Shown here: positions 1 through 11,720 of the stretch, piece after piece
How positions within the stretch are numbered: the first letter of the stretch is position 1
Layout: the number at the start of each line of letters is the position of its first letter
DNA from: Octopus vulgaris
Taxonomy: Eukaryota
NCBI GenBank assembly: GCA_951406725.2
Contig: OX597818.1
Coordinates: forward strand, 140,678,001 to 140,742,000
DNA: 64,000 bases
Direction: 5' to 3'
Made by a program: the position numbers and the translations under genes
The notes under the pieces: generated by a model
The model's database searches: none
What the model was told of the DNA's origin: nothing
What the model saw: the letters and a program-made list of their open reading frames with translations, nothing else

Positions 1-188
1 AGTGCAGGTGGCACGTAAAAAGCACCCACTACCCTCACGGAGTGGTTGGCGTTAGGAAGGGCATCCAGCTGTAGAAACATTGCCAGATAAGACCGGAGCC
101 TGGTGCAGCCTTCTGGCTTCCCAGAACCCCGGTCGAACCGTCCAATCCATGCTAGCATGGAGAACGGGCGTTAAATGATGATGATGAT
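1..188 (+). mobile_element. 3' portion of a SINE with (GAT)n tail, truncated by window start
   Basis: Central block TGGTTGGCGTTAGGAAGGGCATCCAGCTGTAGAAA resembles the Meta-type SINE domain as I recall it; ends in AAATGATGATGATGAT. Confidence 0.65.
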
Positions 189-201
189 ATATATATATAT
201 A

Positions 202-685
202 GGGATAATTTTATGATTCTGCTTTAGAATTCCAAATCCGTACATATTCTCTGCTGGATGAAATTTGGATTACCGAAGTTCAAAAGGTCTTACCTACAGA
301 CTTCTTCGCACATTCCTGGAAACGGCCGTAAGACTCTTTGTATTTTTCTGTTGGTCTCATTTGAACTGTTATCTCATCAGTTTGGACTTCTTAATTTATC
401 TGTATGTATTTATGCAATTACTTATCCGACTTTGATTTGGGTCAGGAATTACACTATTATATGTATATGTATTTTTTTATATGTTATGTGTTCACATACT
501 TATAATGGCTTATATATACACACTGTGTTTAGATATGTTTTGGCTTTTTATCCGGAGTATTATTGACCTTAGGACTTGTCTCTTTCAAATTTATATTTTA
601 ATCTAATCGCTCAATAAATTGAGCCCTACTCCGTTGTTTCTTGAAAGAGTTCACCTCTATAATTTTTCTTTACCTCTCTCTATAT
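202..685 (+). mobile_element. Probable Penelope-like terminal-repeat remnant with a degenerate hammerhead motif
   Basis: Lies between (TA)n and (GT)n. Contains TCT-CTGCTGG...GAAA-CGGCCG-TA-AGA: palindromic stem III and TCT/AGA stem I, but the core has two mismatches. Confidence 0.35.
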
Positions 686-823
<138 letters not shown>

Positions 824-849
824 GTAAAGAAAAATTATAGAGCCGAACT

Positions 850-1170
850 ATTATTACAATAGAATCTCATGCAAATTTTTGCTTATTCTCTGTCAGACGA
901 TGCCGTCCCCAACAGATAGGCATTTTCATCGGAACAGATTTGCGCAATTTTTTGCAAATAAAAAAACTTCCTTGGAGATTTTTTCGTCTTTTTAAATCAT
1001 TTACATGTGATTTCGACTGTTTCATATGACTTTCTTCGTTAAAACTTATTAAAACTTCAGAAGTTCTTATAGCTTTTGTCGTCATAATTCTTTGCTTACG
1101 TTTGTTTAATAAAAATTCCTCTTCGTCGTGAGATTGCTTTCATTTTGCGATAGACAGCTTTCACGCAGAA
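850..1170 (-). pseudogene. Highly decayed hAT (Charlie-like) transposase fragment
   Basis: Minus-strand peptides HDEEEFLL...TTKA..SEVLISF and ICSDENAYLLG resemble the EEFLFC..TT.A and CSDGA.AM.G motifs of hAT transposases; frameshifted. Confidence 0.35.
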
Positions 1171-1503
1171 AATGCCAGCTTCCAAAACTTATTTCCTGAT
1201 TTGGTAAAACTGATTAAAATTTAAATCTCAGTACCATTTTCTGCAATTTTTCTGGAACAAATAAATGACAAACTCGGAGTTAACGTGGAAAATTATGTCA
1301 ATATACCAAATTTGAAAAATTTTACGTAATTTTAAGATTTCACAATACGTAACAGCCACAAGGAAGACCCTACAATATTAGAAAGACAGGTACTTATAGC
1401 ACGATGTGCGTGCGCACAGACTGATACGTACGCTAATTTACAAACGTACAGGCAGGCAATAGCGAGTTTAAAATGGTGTACAGTAGACATGTGCATGCAT
1501 CTG

Positions 1504-1787
1504 TGGAAGCACTCTGTCGGTTACGACGACGAGGGTTCCGGTTGATCCGATCAACGGAACAGCCTGCTCGTGAAATTAACGTGTAAGTGGCTGAGCACTC
1601 CACAGACACGTGCACCCTTAACGTAGTTCTCGGGGATATTCAGCGTGACACAGAGAGTGACAAGGCCGGCCCTTTGATATACAGGTACAACAGAAACAGG
1701 AAGTAAGAGTGAGAGAAAGTTGTGGTGAAAGAGTACAGCAGGGATCACCACCATCCCCTGCCGGAGCCTCGTGGAGCTTTTAGGTGT
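1504..1787 (-). mobile_element. SINE family A, 5'-truncated copy
   Basis: Near-identical to the bodies of the full copies at 12354-12716 and 15555-15938. Confidence 0.9.
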
Positions 1788-2549
1788 ATCTATGTACGTA
1801 TGTACATATATATGTATGTACGTGTATGTCTGTATGTTAGTGTTTCTTTGCGATGGACGGTAGAAAAGCCCCCTACCCCTCTCTTCTTAAAGCTACCTCT
1901 TCCTTACACCGACCTTTCTTTCAGTTCTTTGCCATTTTAAAATTCAGTCATGTGTATGCGCATGTGTGTGCGTGTATTTTAGTGTAGTGTGTGTGTGCGT
2001 AAGTGTGTTTGTGTGTGTTTGTGTTTGCGTGTGTGTGTGTGCGTGTGTGAATGTGTGTGTGTGCTGTTATCTATGTATTTTCCAAATTATGAATGCAGCG
2101 TCGCGTGTTTTATGAGTGAATGACAGCTATATTAACGTTAGCATCTCACTGCCACTCCTTACTTGTCGCTTATAAAATGCCTTTCTCCCCTTCCTTAATA
2201 TCAGACACGCTAAACATGCCACCACATTTCGCTCACACTAATACTCTATGCACCCTTCTCATTGTATTAAGTAATAGCCCAAGCCGGCGAGAGGGTATAT
2301 GATAGGGGTTTTTTTCCATTTAGCCCATAATTGATAAGGATGCTAGCTGTAAGAAAAGTCTCAAGATTGGTTCTTGAGTTTGGCAACAAGTTCGTAACAG
2401 CCAGATTGACAGACAAAAATTGCCATTTATATATAAGATATACATATGTGTGTGTGTGTGTGTGCGTGTGTGTGTGTATATATATATATGCCTGTGTGTG
2501 TGTGTGTGTATATATAAATATGTATACTTATATATATGCATATATGTAT

Positions 2550-2755
2550 ATATAGGGAGAATTCACGAAAAAAACAAAAGACGAATGCAGGTAGTGCAGA
2601 AAACAAACTGATGTGTTAGTATAACGGTCGGGAACTGAAAAAGTATTTAACGTTTCGAGCCTACGCTCTTCCACAGAAAGGAACACAGAAAGAAACAAAG
2701 AGAGAAACAAGGAGAGAAAAATTGTGTGTAGTGACTACCGATCTATCTTGGCAAA
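2550..2755 (-). mobile_element. Penelope-like terminal-repeat fragment with a minimal hammerhead-like motif
   Basis: Reverse complement aligns with 63030-63222; contains CTGTGGA-A-GAGC-gtag-GCTC-GAAA-CG-TT; 3' end abuts (TA)n. Confidence 0.6.
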
Positions 2756-3105
2756 TGCCGGACAGACGGGCCACACAGAGAGCGAAGGAGTAGGGGAGAT
2801 AAAAAAAGTAGTAGTGATCCCAAAACGAAGGTGCGCGTGTGTGTAAGAGCGTACGTATGTGCGTGTGAAAGAGGGCTGGTGATCTTGACGTGTGCGTGTG
2901 TGTATGTGTAGGTGTTAAAATGTGGGGATGGGAATTAGTCAGTGTTGGTGTGTGAGTGGTGGTGTGTTGTGATGTGATGTGTTGTGTGGTGTGGTGTGAT
3001 GTTGGGAGGTGGGGAGGCAAGAGTGGGGAAAGCACGGGTGGGGTTTCGGTTAGGCTGATGGTTGGGGTATGCTTATATATATATATGTGTATGTATGTAT
3101 GTATG

Positions 3106-3136
<31 letters not shown>

Positions 3137-3371
3137 GTATGTATGTATGTAGGTATGAAGGTGCATCTTGAATTTTAGAAAGAGAAGTAGAAAGCATGGA
3201 ATGCATTGTTATCTGAAGTACATGAATTGTGCTGCCTCAACAATTGCCAATGTCACTGTATACAAAGATATATATATATATATATATACCTACACGTACA
3301 TATATACACAGGGGTGTCTATATAATTATTTAAATACGAATATGTGTGTGTATGAATACATATATGATTTT

Positions 3372-3590
3372 GATTTTGATTTGATTTTGATTTTTCCAGT
3401 TTCAGCTAATGAGCTGTGGCCTTGCTGGGGCACCGCCATTTGGTTTGCTACACGATTTTACCTCACGGATGCTTTTTTAGCAAACGCCATCTGATGCATC
3501 AGAGAGTTCGATGCAGCTGCCCTCATCTGCACCTCCTGCCGTGAAGTTGGTTCATCCGGGACACCTGACAGGAAGAGATCCAGTCCTACT
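3372..3590 (-). mobile_element. 3' end of a CR1-clade LINE
   Basis: Minus strand reads [33 protein letters not shown]..., like CR1-type ORF2 C-termini (LD.FL..+PD.P...AA.SNSL). Followed by a 3' UTR and an (AAAATC)n tail. Confidence 0.7.
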
Positions 3591-3747
3591 TATATATATA
3601 TATATATATATATATATACTTACACGTACATATATACACAGGGGTGTCTATATAATTATTTATATACGTATATGTGTGTATGAATACATATACGATTTTA
3701 GGTATGTATATATATATATGCGTATATATATATACATATATACATAT

Positions 3748-3799
<52 letters not shown>

Positions 3800-3830
3800 A
3801 TACATATATATATATATATATATACATACA

Positions 3831-3861
<31 letters not shown>

Positions 3862-3939
3862 GTATATACATGCATTTATATATATACACACACACGCAAT
3901 TTTAAAATTATTTGTGTGTGTATATATATATATACATAC

Positions 3940-3996
<57 letters not shown>

Positions 3997-4010
3997 GTGT
4001 ATATATATGG
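3591..4010. repeat. Compound (TA)n/(TACA)n microsatellite
   Basis: Directly visible. Confidence 0.95.
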
Positions 4011-4300
4011 ATATGCATAATTTAAAAATTGTGTGTGCATATATACAAAGTTGTGCAGATTAACATTGTCAAATACACAGGACGAGTATGAGTTCGTTAG
4101 TTGGTGGTTGAAACTGATTAAATACAGTGGGGTGGATGAAGATATGATATATGGTAGTTGAGTCAATCCATTTTAGTCTCTATTTATTTTTTATCATTTA
4201 GTTAACGTAATCAATCTTGAAAATGTATTTTCTAAGCTGGCTATTTTGATGGTAGCAAGGAAAATGATGATAAAATATAGTTATTATTGTTGATGATGTC

Positions 4301-4880
4301 AAGGCGGCGAGCTGGCAGAAACTTTAGCACGACGGGCGAAATGCTTAGCGGTATTTCCTCTGCCGCTACGTTCTGAGTTCAAATTCCGCCGAGATCCACT
4401 TTGCCTTTCATCCTTTCGGGGTCGATTAAATAAGTACCAGTTACGCACTGGGGTCGATATAATCGACTTAATCCGTTTGTCTGTCCGTGTTTGTCCCCTC
4501 TGTGTTTAGCCCCTTGTGGGTAATAAAGAAATAGGTATTTCGTCTGCCGCTATGTTCTGAGTTCAAATTCCGCCGAGATCCACTTTGCCTTTCATCCTTT
4601 CGGGGTCGATTAAATAAGTACCAGTTACGCACTGGGTTCGATATAATCGACTTAATCCGTTTGTTTGTCCTTGTTTGTCCTCTCTGTGTTTAGCACCTTG
4701 TGGGTAGTAACGAAATAGGTATTCCGTCTGTCTTCGTGTTCTGAGTTCAAATACAGCCGGGCTCAACTTTGCTTTTAATTCTTTCGGGGTCGATAAATTA
4801 AGTACCAGTTACGCACAAGAGTCGATGTAATTCACTGGTTCCCTCCTCCAACTTCGGGCTTTGTGCCTTCTGGAGAAAAA
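4301..4880 (+). mobile_element. SINE family C: one head plus three tandem ~183-bp bodies
   Basis: Head GGCGGCGAGCTGGCAGAA, B-box-like GAGTTCAAATTCC, Nin/Deu-like core GCCTTTCATCCTTTCGGGGTCGAT..AAGTACCAG. Body repeats start at ~4351, ~4534 and ~4718. Confidence 0.85.
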
Positions 4881-5083
4881 TTATTGTTGTTGTTCTTGAC
4901 GTTGGATTTAATAAGGCTAATAATTGCTTCAAATATTGGCAAATTTTACGGGCGAGCGTTTCTCGATTTCATCCACATCAGTACATAACTATCCCATTAT
5001 TATTGCAATCCCGAAAGTAAAAGCGGCAAAGAAGCGATAGATATAGATCCGACGGAAAGAAAAATCTGCCACTCCACCACCTT

Positions 5084-5468
5084 CTTTTACTTGTTTCAGT
5101 CATTTGAATGTGGCCATGCTGGAGCACCACCTTTTAGTCGAACACCAGAGGACTCATACTTTGTAAGCCTAGTACTTATTCTACCGGTCTCTTTTGCCAA
5201 ACTGCTAAGTTACGGGGACGTAAACACACCGGCATCGGCTGTCAAGCGCTATTGGGGGGACAAACACAGACACACATACATACATACATATATATATATA
5301 TTATATACGACGGGCTTCTTTCAGATTCCGTCTACCAAATCCACTCACAAGGCTTTGGTTGGCCCGAGGCTATAGTAGAAGAAGACATTTGCCCAAGATA
5401 CCACTCAATGGGACTGAACCCGGAACCATGTAGTTCGTAAGCAAGTTACTTACCACACGGCCACTCCT
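5084..5468 (-). mobile_element. SINE family B
   Basis: Reverse complement matches 12946-13349 (tRNA-like head, internal TA/CA tract, GCTCCAGCATGGCC tail). Confidence 0.88.
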
Positions 5469-5494
5469 AATGATAATAATACAAATATTAATAT

Positions 5495-5750
5495 TTTCAA
5501 ATTTTGGCACACGGACAAATTCCGGTGGAGGGATTAAATTTATTACATCGCCCTGCGTACGCAACTGGTGCTTACTTTTATCAACCGCGAAAGGATGAAA
5601 GGCAAAGTCGACCTCGGCGATATTTGAATTCAGAACGTAAAATCGGACGAAATGCGGCTAATCATTTTGTCCGGCGTGCTCACGATTCTGCCAGCTCGCC
5701 GTGACTTTGATGGCTTGCTTTACTCTCTAACCCAACAATGATGAGGATGG

Positions 5751-5786
<36 letters not shown>

Positions 5787-6030
5787 CAAATTTTGATGAA
5801 AGGGATAAGTTGATTACATCGACCCCAGATTTCAACTGCAAAGACAGTGATTTAGGGGGAGAAAATGAGTTGATTACATCTACACCTGTGTTCAACTAGT
5901 ACTTATGCTATCGACCTAGAAAAGATGAAAGAAAAAGTCAACCTCAGCGGAAATTGAAATCAGAACTGAGTGACAGACGACATGCCGCTAATCATTTCAC
6001 TAGGTGTTCAACGATTCGACCAAATCGCCG
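5495..6030 (-). mobile_element. Two diverged SINE family C copies separated by (GAT)n
   Basis: GAAAGGATGAAAGGCAAAGTCGACCTCGGCG...TCTGCCAGCTCGCC at ~5588-5700 and a more decayed copy at ~5785-6030. Confidence 0.7.
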
Positions 6031-6149
6031 CTGGCCTACCATAATTATAATTATAATTATAATGATGATGATGATAATAAAATGTACCAGTTGAACAACG
6101 GGGTCGATGTAATCAGCTCATTAGCTCCCGCTGAGTATGACATGCGCTG

Positions 6150-8250
6150 ACAGTCGAAAAGCTTACGATATAATACCACACCCCTGAATAACAAGAATCA
6201 TGGAAATGATTGGAGTACCAGAAAACATGAGAAGCCTTATATGGAACAGTATGAAATGATGGAGAATGGAATTGACAGCAGGGAATAAGTATTAGGGGCG
6301 GTGAGAATCGGGAGAGGAATCCTACCAGGAGGACAGTATCCCCACTGATTTTGTGCCGGGAATGATCCCGTTGTGTGAAATATTACAGAAAACACATTTG
6401 AGGTATGACCTCGCAAGAGATAAGGGAAAACTCTAGCACTTGCTGTTCATGAACGACTTGAAGTTGTTCACAGAAAGTGAGGCAGAAATGAAAATCCTTG
6501 TCCAGAATGTGCGGATTTTCTTCAATGATATTAATATGGAGCTTGGGCTCTCAAAATGCGCTACGATTGTGATAAGACGAGGAAAGCTTGCCAGAACAGA
6601 AGGCATAGATTTGCCAAGTGGTGAGATGATGAAAGCAATTCAACCTCAAACAAGTTATAAATACCTGGGAATCATCATCATCATTGTTCGACCGTGGTCG
6701 AGACAATGGAATTTACCATGCTACGCCAGACTTCACGGTCCATCATGGCACTACGGAGGTCCTGTTGCTGGATGCCTGTATCCCTGGAGATTACATCAGG
6801 GTAGGAGAGTGTGCGCCCTCTGGTATTGCGAGTAGATGGCTTCCAGAGGAGAAGAGTAGAAATTACTTCTTATTACCTGGGAATACACGAGGCAGATGAA
6901 ATTAAACATAACGACATGAAGGGAAAAAACAAAAAGAGAGTTCAAGTGGCGAGTGAGGAAAATACTGGCTTCAAAGCTTAATGCTAGAAACATAATTTCA
7001 GCAACAAACATACGCGCAGTCACAGTAGTTCGGTATGGTGCTGGAATCCTGAAGTGGACAGAGGAGGAGCAAAAGAAAACGGACAGGATGTCAAGAAAGT
7101 TCCTATCGATGCATGGAGCCCATCATCCACGTGCAGTCACTGATCGCCAATATATGAAACCAGCAACTTGAGGAAGAGGGTTTATAATTGTGGGAGACTC
7201 TGCACGTATCGAACTCCAGATCTTAATGAGATACCTAAGCCAAAGTAAGGAAATATTCGTAGTGACAGTTAGAAACGAGGGAGTATTGAATGCAGAGTAA
7301 AAAAGAAAACAAAGGAAGAAGTACAAAAAGGAACATACAGAAAATCTACGCAGCAAGGGACTACACAATCAATTTTGTGTAGCCACAACTGAATTTGCTG
7401 GAAAAATAAGTGGGATTAGCTGAAGAAAGGAACACTAAAATAAGAGAACGAGAGTACTATACTGACAGTGCCAGACCAAGCTTTGGCCACGAACTGGAAG
7501 GTCAACTTGAAGATTAGCAAGTGTCTCCGCTGTGCCGCATCTGTAATAGAGTGGGTGAAACCATTTCCCATATCACAAACGAAGGCCCTAGACTTACCTA
7601 AAACCAGTACAAGTTGTAGCGAGCGACATGATCAGGTAACGAAACTGCTAAATTGGGAACTGTGCGAAAAGTAGGGGCTAGCCAGAGGCAAGACGTGGTA
7701 TGCGCAAAAACCACAGAGAGAGGTGGTGTCAGAGACTAACAAAATCCTCTGGGGTTTCCCAATCCAAACAGATCAGGTGCTAGAGCATAACTGTCTGAAC
7801 CTAGTGTTTGTAGACCAGATGCACCACATGTGCTGTACAGTTGATGTTGCATATTTCTTTGACCCACGAACAGCCAAGAAGGATGTCGAAAACATAGATA
7901 AATACCACCCTCTTAAGTACGAAATAGCCCGGCTATGGAAAATAAAGGTGAAAATAATGCCAATTATAGTTGGGTCCTTGAGAACAGTATGACAAGGCAT
8001 CAAGAGGAATATCAAGCAGATTGGAATATAGTGCCAAGAAGAACTATTACAAAAGTTTAGCCAACTTGACAGGGCCAGAATAATCAGGAAAGCATTAGTT
8101 AGCTGAAAAGACTGAATATCATGGTTCCGTAGGCTTCAGGTAGCAAGCCCACCAAGCATGTAAGACTCCAAGAGTTCCAACAAAACTTGTGATAAAAAGA
8201 AATAGCAACAACAACAATAATAACAAAATTAATAAGAAGAAGAACAATAA
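6150..8250 (+). pseudogene. Decayed, 5'-truncated R4/Dong-type non-LTR retrotransposon (RT, CCHC finger, restriction-like endonuclease)
   Basis: Motifs in order: KAYDIIPH, LFMNDLKLF, YKYLG, SKLNARNIISATNIRAV..VRYGAG, DQALATN, C..C...ETISHI..RHD, KILWGFPIQTD..VDVA..EN.DKY..L. Stops and frameshifts present; ends in an AAC/AAT-rich tail. Confidence 0.88.
6673..6873 (-). mobile_element. 3' fragment of an RTE-type LINE nested in the R4/Dong element
   Basis: Minus strand EVISTLLLWKPSTRNTRGRTLSYPDVISRDTG...AMMDREVWRSMV, (GAT)n tail, 11-bp TSD TACCTGGGAAT at 6662-6672 and 6874-6884. Confidence 0.8.
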
Positions 8251-8746
8251 CGGTTATGGATTTTGGGTCATGACCATCAGTTTTGTTCTTTGTGAGTTAG
8301 TCGAGAAAATATTGAATCCAGTACCTGACTAGCACCTTATATTATCGACCTCGGATGATTGTTAACCTCAGGCGTATGTGAACTTAGAACGTGGAGAACT
8401 TTAACTAATGCCACAAGACATTTTGTCCATCGCTCTATCCAACCATTGCAGCACTCATTAATTTCTAATTTAAATTTCAGGTATCAGGTTTTAACTTATG
8501 ACATCGACTTTTGTAATTGCATGGCTCCTCATTTCATGAAACCCTGAAGGATAAATGTCAAACTATCATCGACGTTGTCATCGAAGACTATCGTCTCTAT
8601 CTTGTTGCTAAAGAAAAGTTGAACACACTACAGCTCAAAAGGAGCAAATATCCACTTGGAATTGAATATTCTTTGCACTAATTTGCATGTCAAAAGTGAA
8701 AGTTACTTCGATTGTCAAGACATAGCTTCTCTAGCTTTATCACTAA

Positions 8747-9112
8747 CTAGCAGTATCGCCCGGCGTTGCTCAGGTTTGTAAGGGAAATAACTATAAAGCA
8801 TTTTTAGAGAGTTATCGCCAAAAAATGGAAAAAAATGATGGTAAATTTCTTTTGAGAGTAAAAAAAGGTGGAGTTGCGTCCCCTAGACGGTTTGTGTTTC
8901 TGATTCTCGACCCCATGTCGAATTTATCGATTTTTTTCAGAACTGGGGGAACTTTTCAAAATTTTCGCTGCGTTAGTTTTGAATTATGACATTGGGCTAT
9001 GTGTGTGTCAAGTTTCATCAGAATCGGTTGAAAGCCGTGGTCAGGGTGAGGGTACAAGCAAACAGACACACAGAAACACGCACAGACAAACTGCCGTTTA
9101 TATATAGAGAGA
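8747..9112 (-). mobile_element. Non-autonomous Helitron, subfamily 1
   Basis: Minus strand begins TC and ends CTAG, with an imperfect GC-rich hairpin ~8 nt upstream of the CTAG. Inserted between A and T with no TSD; near-identical copy at 63654. Confidence 0.8.
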
Positions 9113-9434
9113 TGATCCTCTGCATATTTGAAATATCCCGGTAAGCTCAGTTTTCATCTTAAGCATCGAAGAATTTTTCAAGACACACACACACAGTACC
9201 CCTGGATTTATATTTCCTTCCAGCTACAAAATCGTCCCACTAACTAATGCCTTTACAGTCATGTTTATTATACGCTGACCTCACTAACTTAATTGTATCG
9301 TTGATGTCCACCTATGCGAAGCTATTGTCTATAACTGCCCACATCTGTTCTGTTAATCCACTGTCTGTGTGTTTTTCTATGCTGTAAATGATGCGTTCAG
9401 CACTTCCAGAGGCTGTTTCATGCCTTTCTTCTAG

Positions 9435-9852
9435 TTTTACTCTTTTACTCTCTTTTTTTTTTACTTGTTTCAGTCATTTGACTGCGGCCATGCTGGAGCA
9501 CCGCCTTTAATCGAGCAAATCGACCCCGGGACTTATTCTTTTGTAAGCCCAGTACTTATTCTATCGGTCTCTTTTGCCGAACCGCTAAGTGACGAGGACG
9601 TAAACACACCAGCACCGGTTGTCAAGCAATGCTAGGGAGACAAACACAGACACACAAACATATACACACACATACATATATATACATATATACGACAGGC
9701 TTCTTTCAGTTTCCGTCTACCAAATCCACTCACAAGGCATTGGTCGGCCCGGAGCTATAGCAGAAGACACTTGCCCAAGATGCCACGCAGTGGGACTGAA
9801 CCCGGAACCATGTGGTTGGTTAGCAAGCTACTTACCACACAGCCACTCCTGC
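9435..9852 (-). mobile_element. SINE family B, full length
   Basis: Matches the other family B copies end to end, including the (AAAAGAGT)n-type tail. Confidence 0.9.
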
Positions 9853-10281
9853 AATATAAATTCTAAACTGAAAAATGCTTAAGGAGAGCAAGAATAATAT
9901 AAACATGCAATAGTTGAAAATGTGTTGTTAGAAAGACATTGTAAATAATGAAGTAGAGACATCTTGAGAGATTCACTTAAACTGGGTGACATGTGAAATG
10001 TCACACGAGTACAGGAATATTTTCTTGGTGTGGGTTTCCAAATTGTTTCTGTCTTCGAAATTTCTCAAAGTGGTGGTCAACCGAGGGTTATGATGGAAGA
10101 AGTTCATCAGACAGTAAGATCGATTCTCGAAAACATAGCATTGCCTATTTCATGTTGTAAACAGTAATTAATTTTATGCTTGACACACATTAAATACATT
10201 GCCGTTACCAAAATTTGATGTTTGAGCTTTGAATTTTAACAATTAATTTAAACTTCTGCATAATGTTCAACCTTCTGTATA

Positions 10282-10622
10282 GTGAAGGCGCATGGCTCAG
10301 TGGTTAGAGCGTTGAGCTTACGATCGCGAGGTTGTCAGCTCGAATCCCGTACCGGGCTGCGTGTTGTATTCTTGAGCAAGACACTTTACTTCTCGTTGCT
10401 CCAGTTAACTCAGCTGTAGAAATGAGTTGCGACGTCACGGGTGCCAAGCTGTATTGGCTCCTTTGACTTTCCCTTGGATAACACTGGTGGCGTGGAGGGG
10501 GAGACCGGTATGCATGGACGACTGCTGGTCTTCCATAAACCACCTTGCCCAGACTTGTGACTAGGAGGGTAACTTTCTAGGTGCAATCCCATGGTCAGTG
10601 TCGTGACCGGAGGGGGTCCCGA
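10282..10622 (+). mobile_element. SINE family D (tRNA head plus CORE-like domain)
   Basis: A box TGGCTCAGTGG, B box GCTCGAATCCC, CORE-like TTCTTGAGCAAGACACTT...CAGCTGTAGAAATG; partial second copy at 19585-19826. Confidence 0.82.
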
Positions 10623-10901
10623 ATAGTGTGCAAGATTACCAAAATAATTAGTGTCATTTATTGTCTTAATTCCCCACGAAAGGGAATTTTTGCTGGGGGG
10701 GGGATAATAAGTTCGTTCCACAATTGTCTGACAACTTGGAAAAATATATTCTATAAATTCAGTCAAGTGAATCCAGGCATCGTGAATAAAATTTAGCAAA
10801 TAGTAATTGTACGGAAGCCTGTGGAGTAGATTATACTTCCAATTCTACAACCATCTCACACGATGAGTTCGATCGGTTTCTGTTTTTATATTATGTAACA
10901 A

Positions 10902-11310
10902 CTAGCAGTATCGCCCGGCGTTGCTCGGGTTTGTAAGGGAAATAACTATATAAGCATTTTTAGAGAGTTATAGCAAAAATATAGCAAAAAATGCATTAAA
11001 AATGGAAAAAAAATTATGGTAATTTTTTTTTTAAATCGTTGACTCATCGTAGATATTTTTAGAGAGTTACTTCCCTTATATAATAGCGAGAAAAATGCAT
11101 TAAAATGGAAAAAAAATTATGGTAATTTTTTTTTTTAATCGTAGACTCATCGTAGACGCGCGCTAGATCCATCGTAGATCCAGAAGGGCTCGATATGAAT
11201 CACGACTATAAGATACCCGGTTTTGGTTAAACTGCACCGCAAAATGTGGGAGTAGTTAGGAATCTAAACCGTAGGAGACAGACACACAACCTCTCTTTTA
11301 TATATAAAGA
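10902..11310 (-). mobile_element. Non-autonomous Helitron, subfamily 2
   Basis: Same CTAG and hairpin 3' end as subfamily 1, TC 5' end, internal ~105-bp tandem duplication; second copy at 39524-39910. Confidence 0.78.
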
Positions 11311-11572
11311 AATGTGTGAGCTGAATATGCAGACTTTTTATTTGTTAATGCAGGAGAAGGTTCTTTGGCTGATTCAACAACCGATCCCTTATTTTTGAAC
11401 AACGACGAAGATCTTATTTTTGAACAACGACGAAGATCGGCATTCAACACACGACCCTCTATTGTTCTTAATTGTACAGGATGTTGATAAGGTTGTGATC
11501 TATATCTAATGTGTAGACACTAGGATGAAACTTCCACATTAACTTTGAAAATATTAAACATATTTCACAGGA

Positions 11573-11720
11573 CGGCGTTCTAGCAGAATCGTAAGCGCGA
11601 CGAACAAAATGCTTTGCAGCATTTCGTTCATCATCTCGTTCTGTGTTCAAATTCTGCCACGGTTGAGTTAGCATTTCATCGTTTCGGATTCGTTCAGCCC
11701 AGGGGTCGATGAAATTAACT
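11573..11720 (+). mobile_element. Diverged SINE family C fragment
   Basis: TAGCAGAATCGTAAGC...GTTCAAATTCTGCC...GGGGTCGAT. Confidence 0.55.

Noticed and set aside
3511-4063. YI/CV/HT-rich ORFs here and throughout the window
   Set aside because: Translations of dinucleotide and tetranucleotide microsatellites
11387-11437. 25-bp tandem duplication CTTATTTTTGAACAACGACGAAGAT x2
   Set aside because: Ordinary slippage duplication with no further structure
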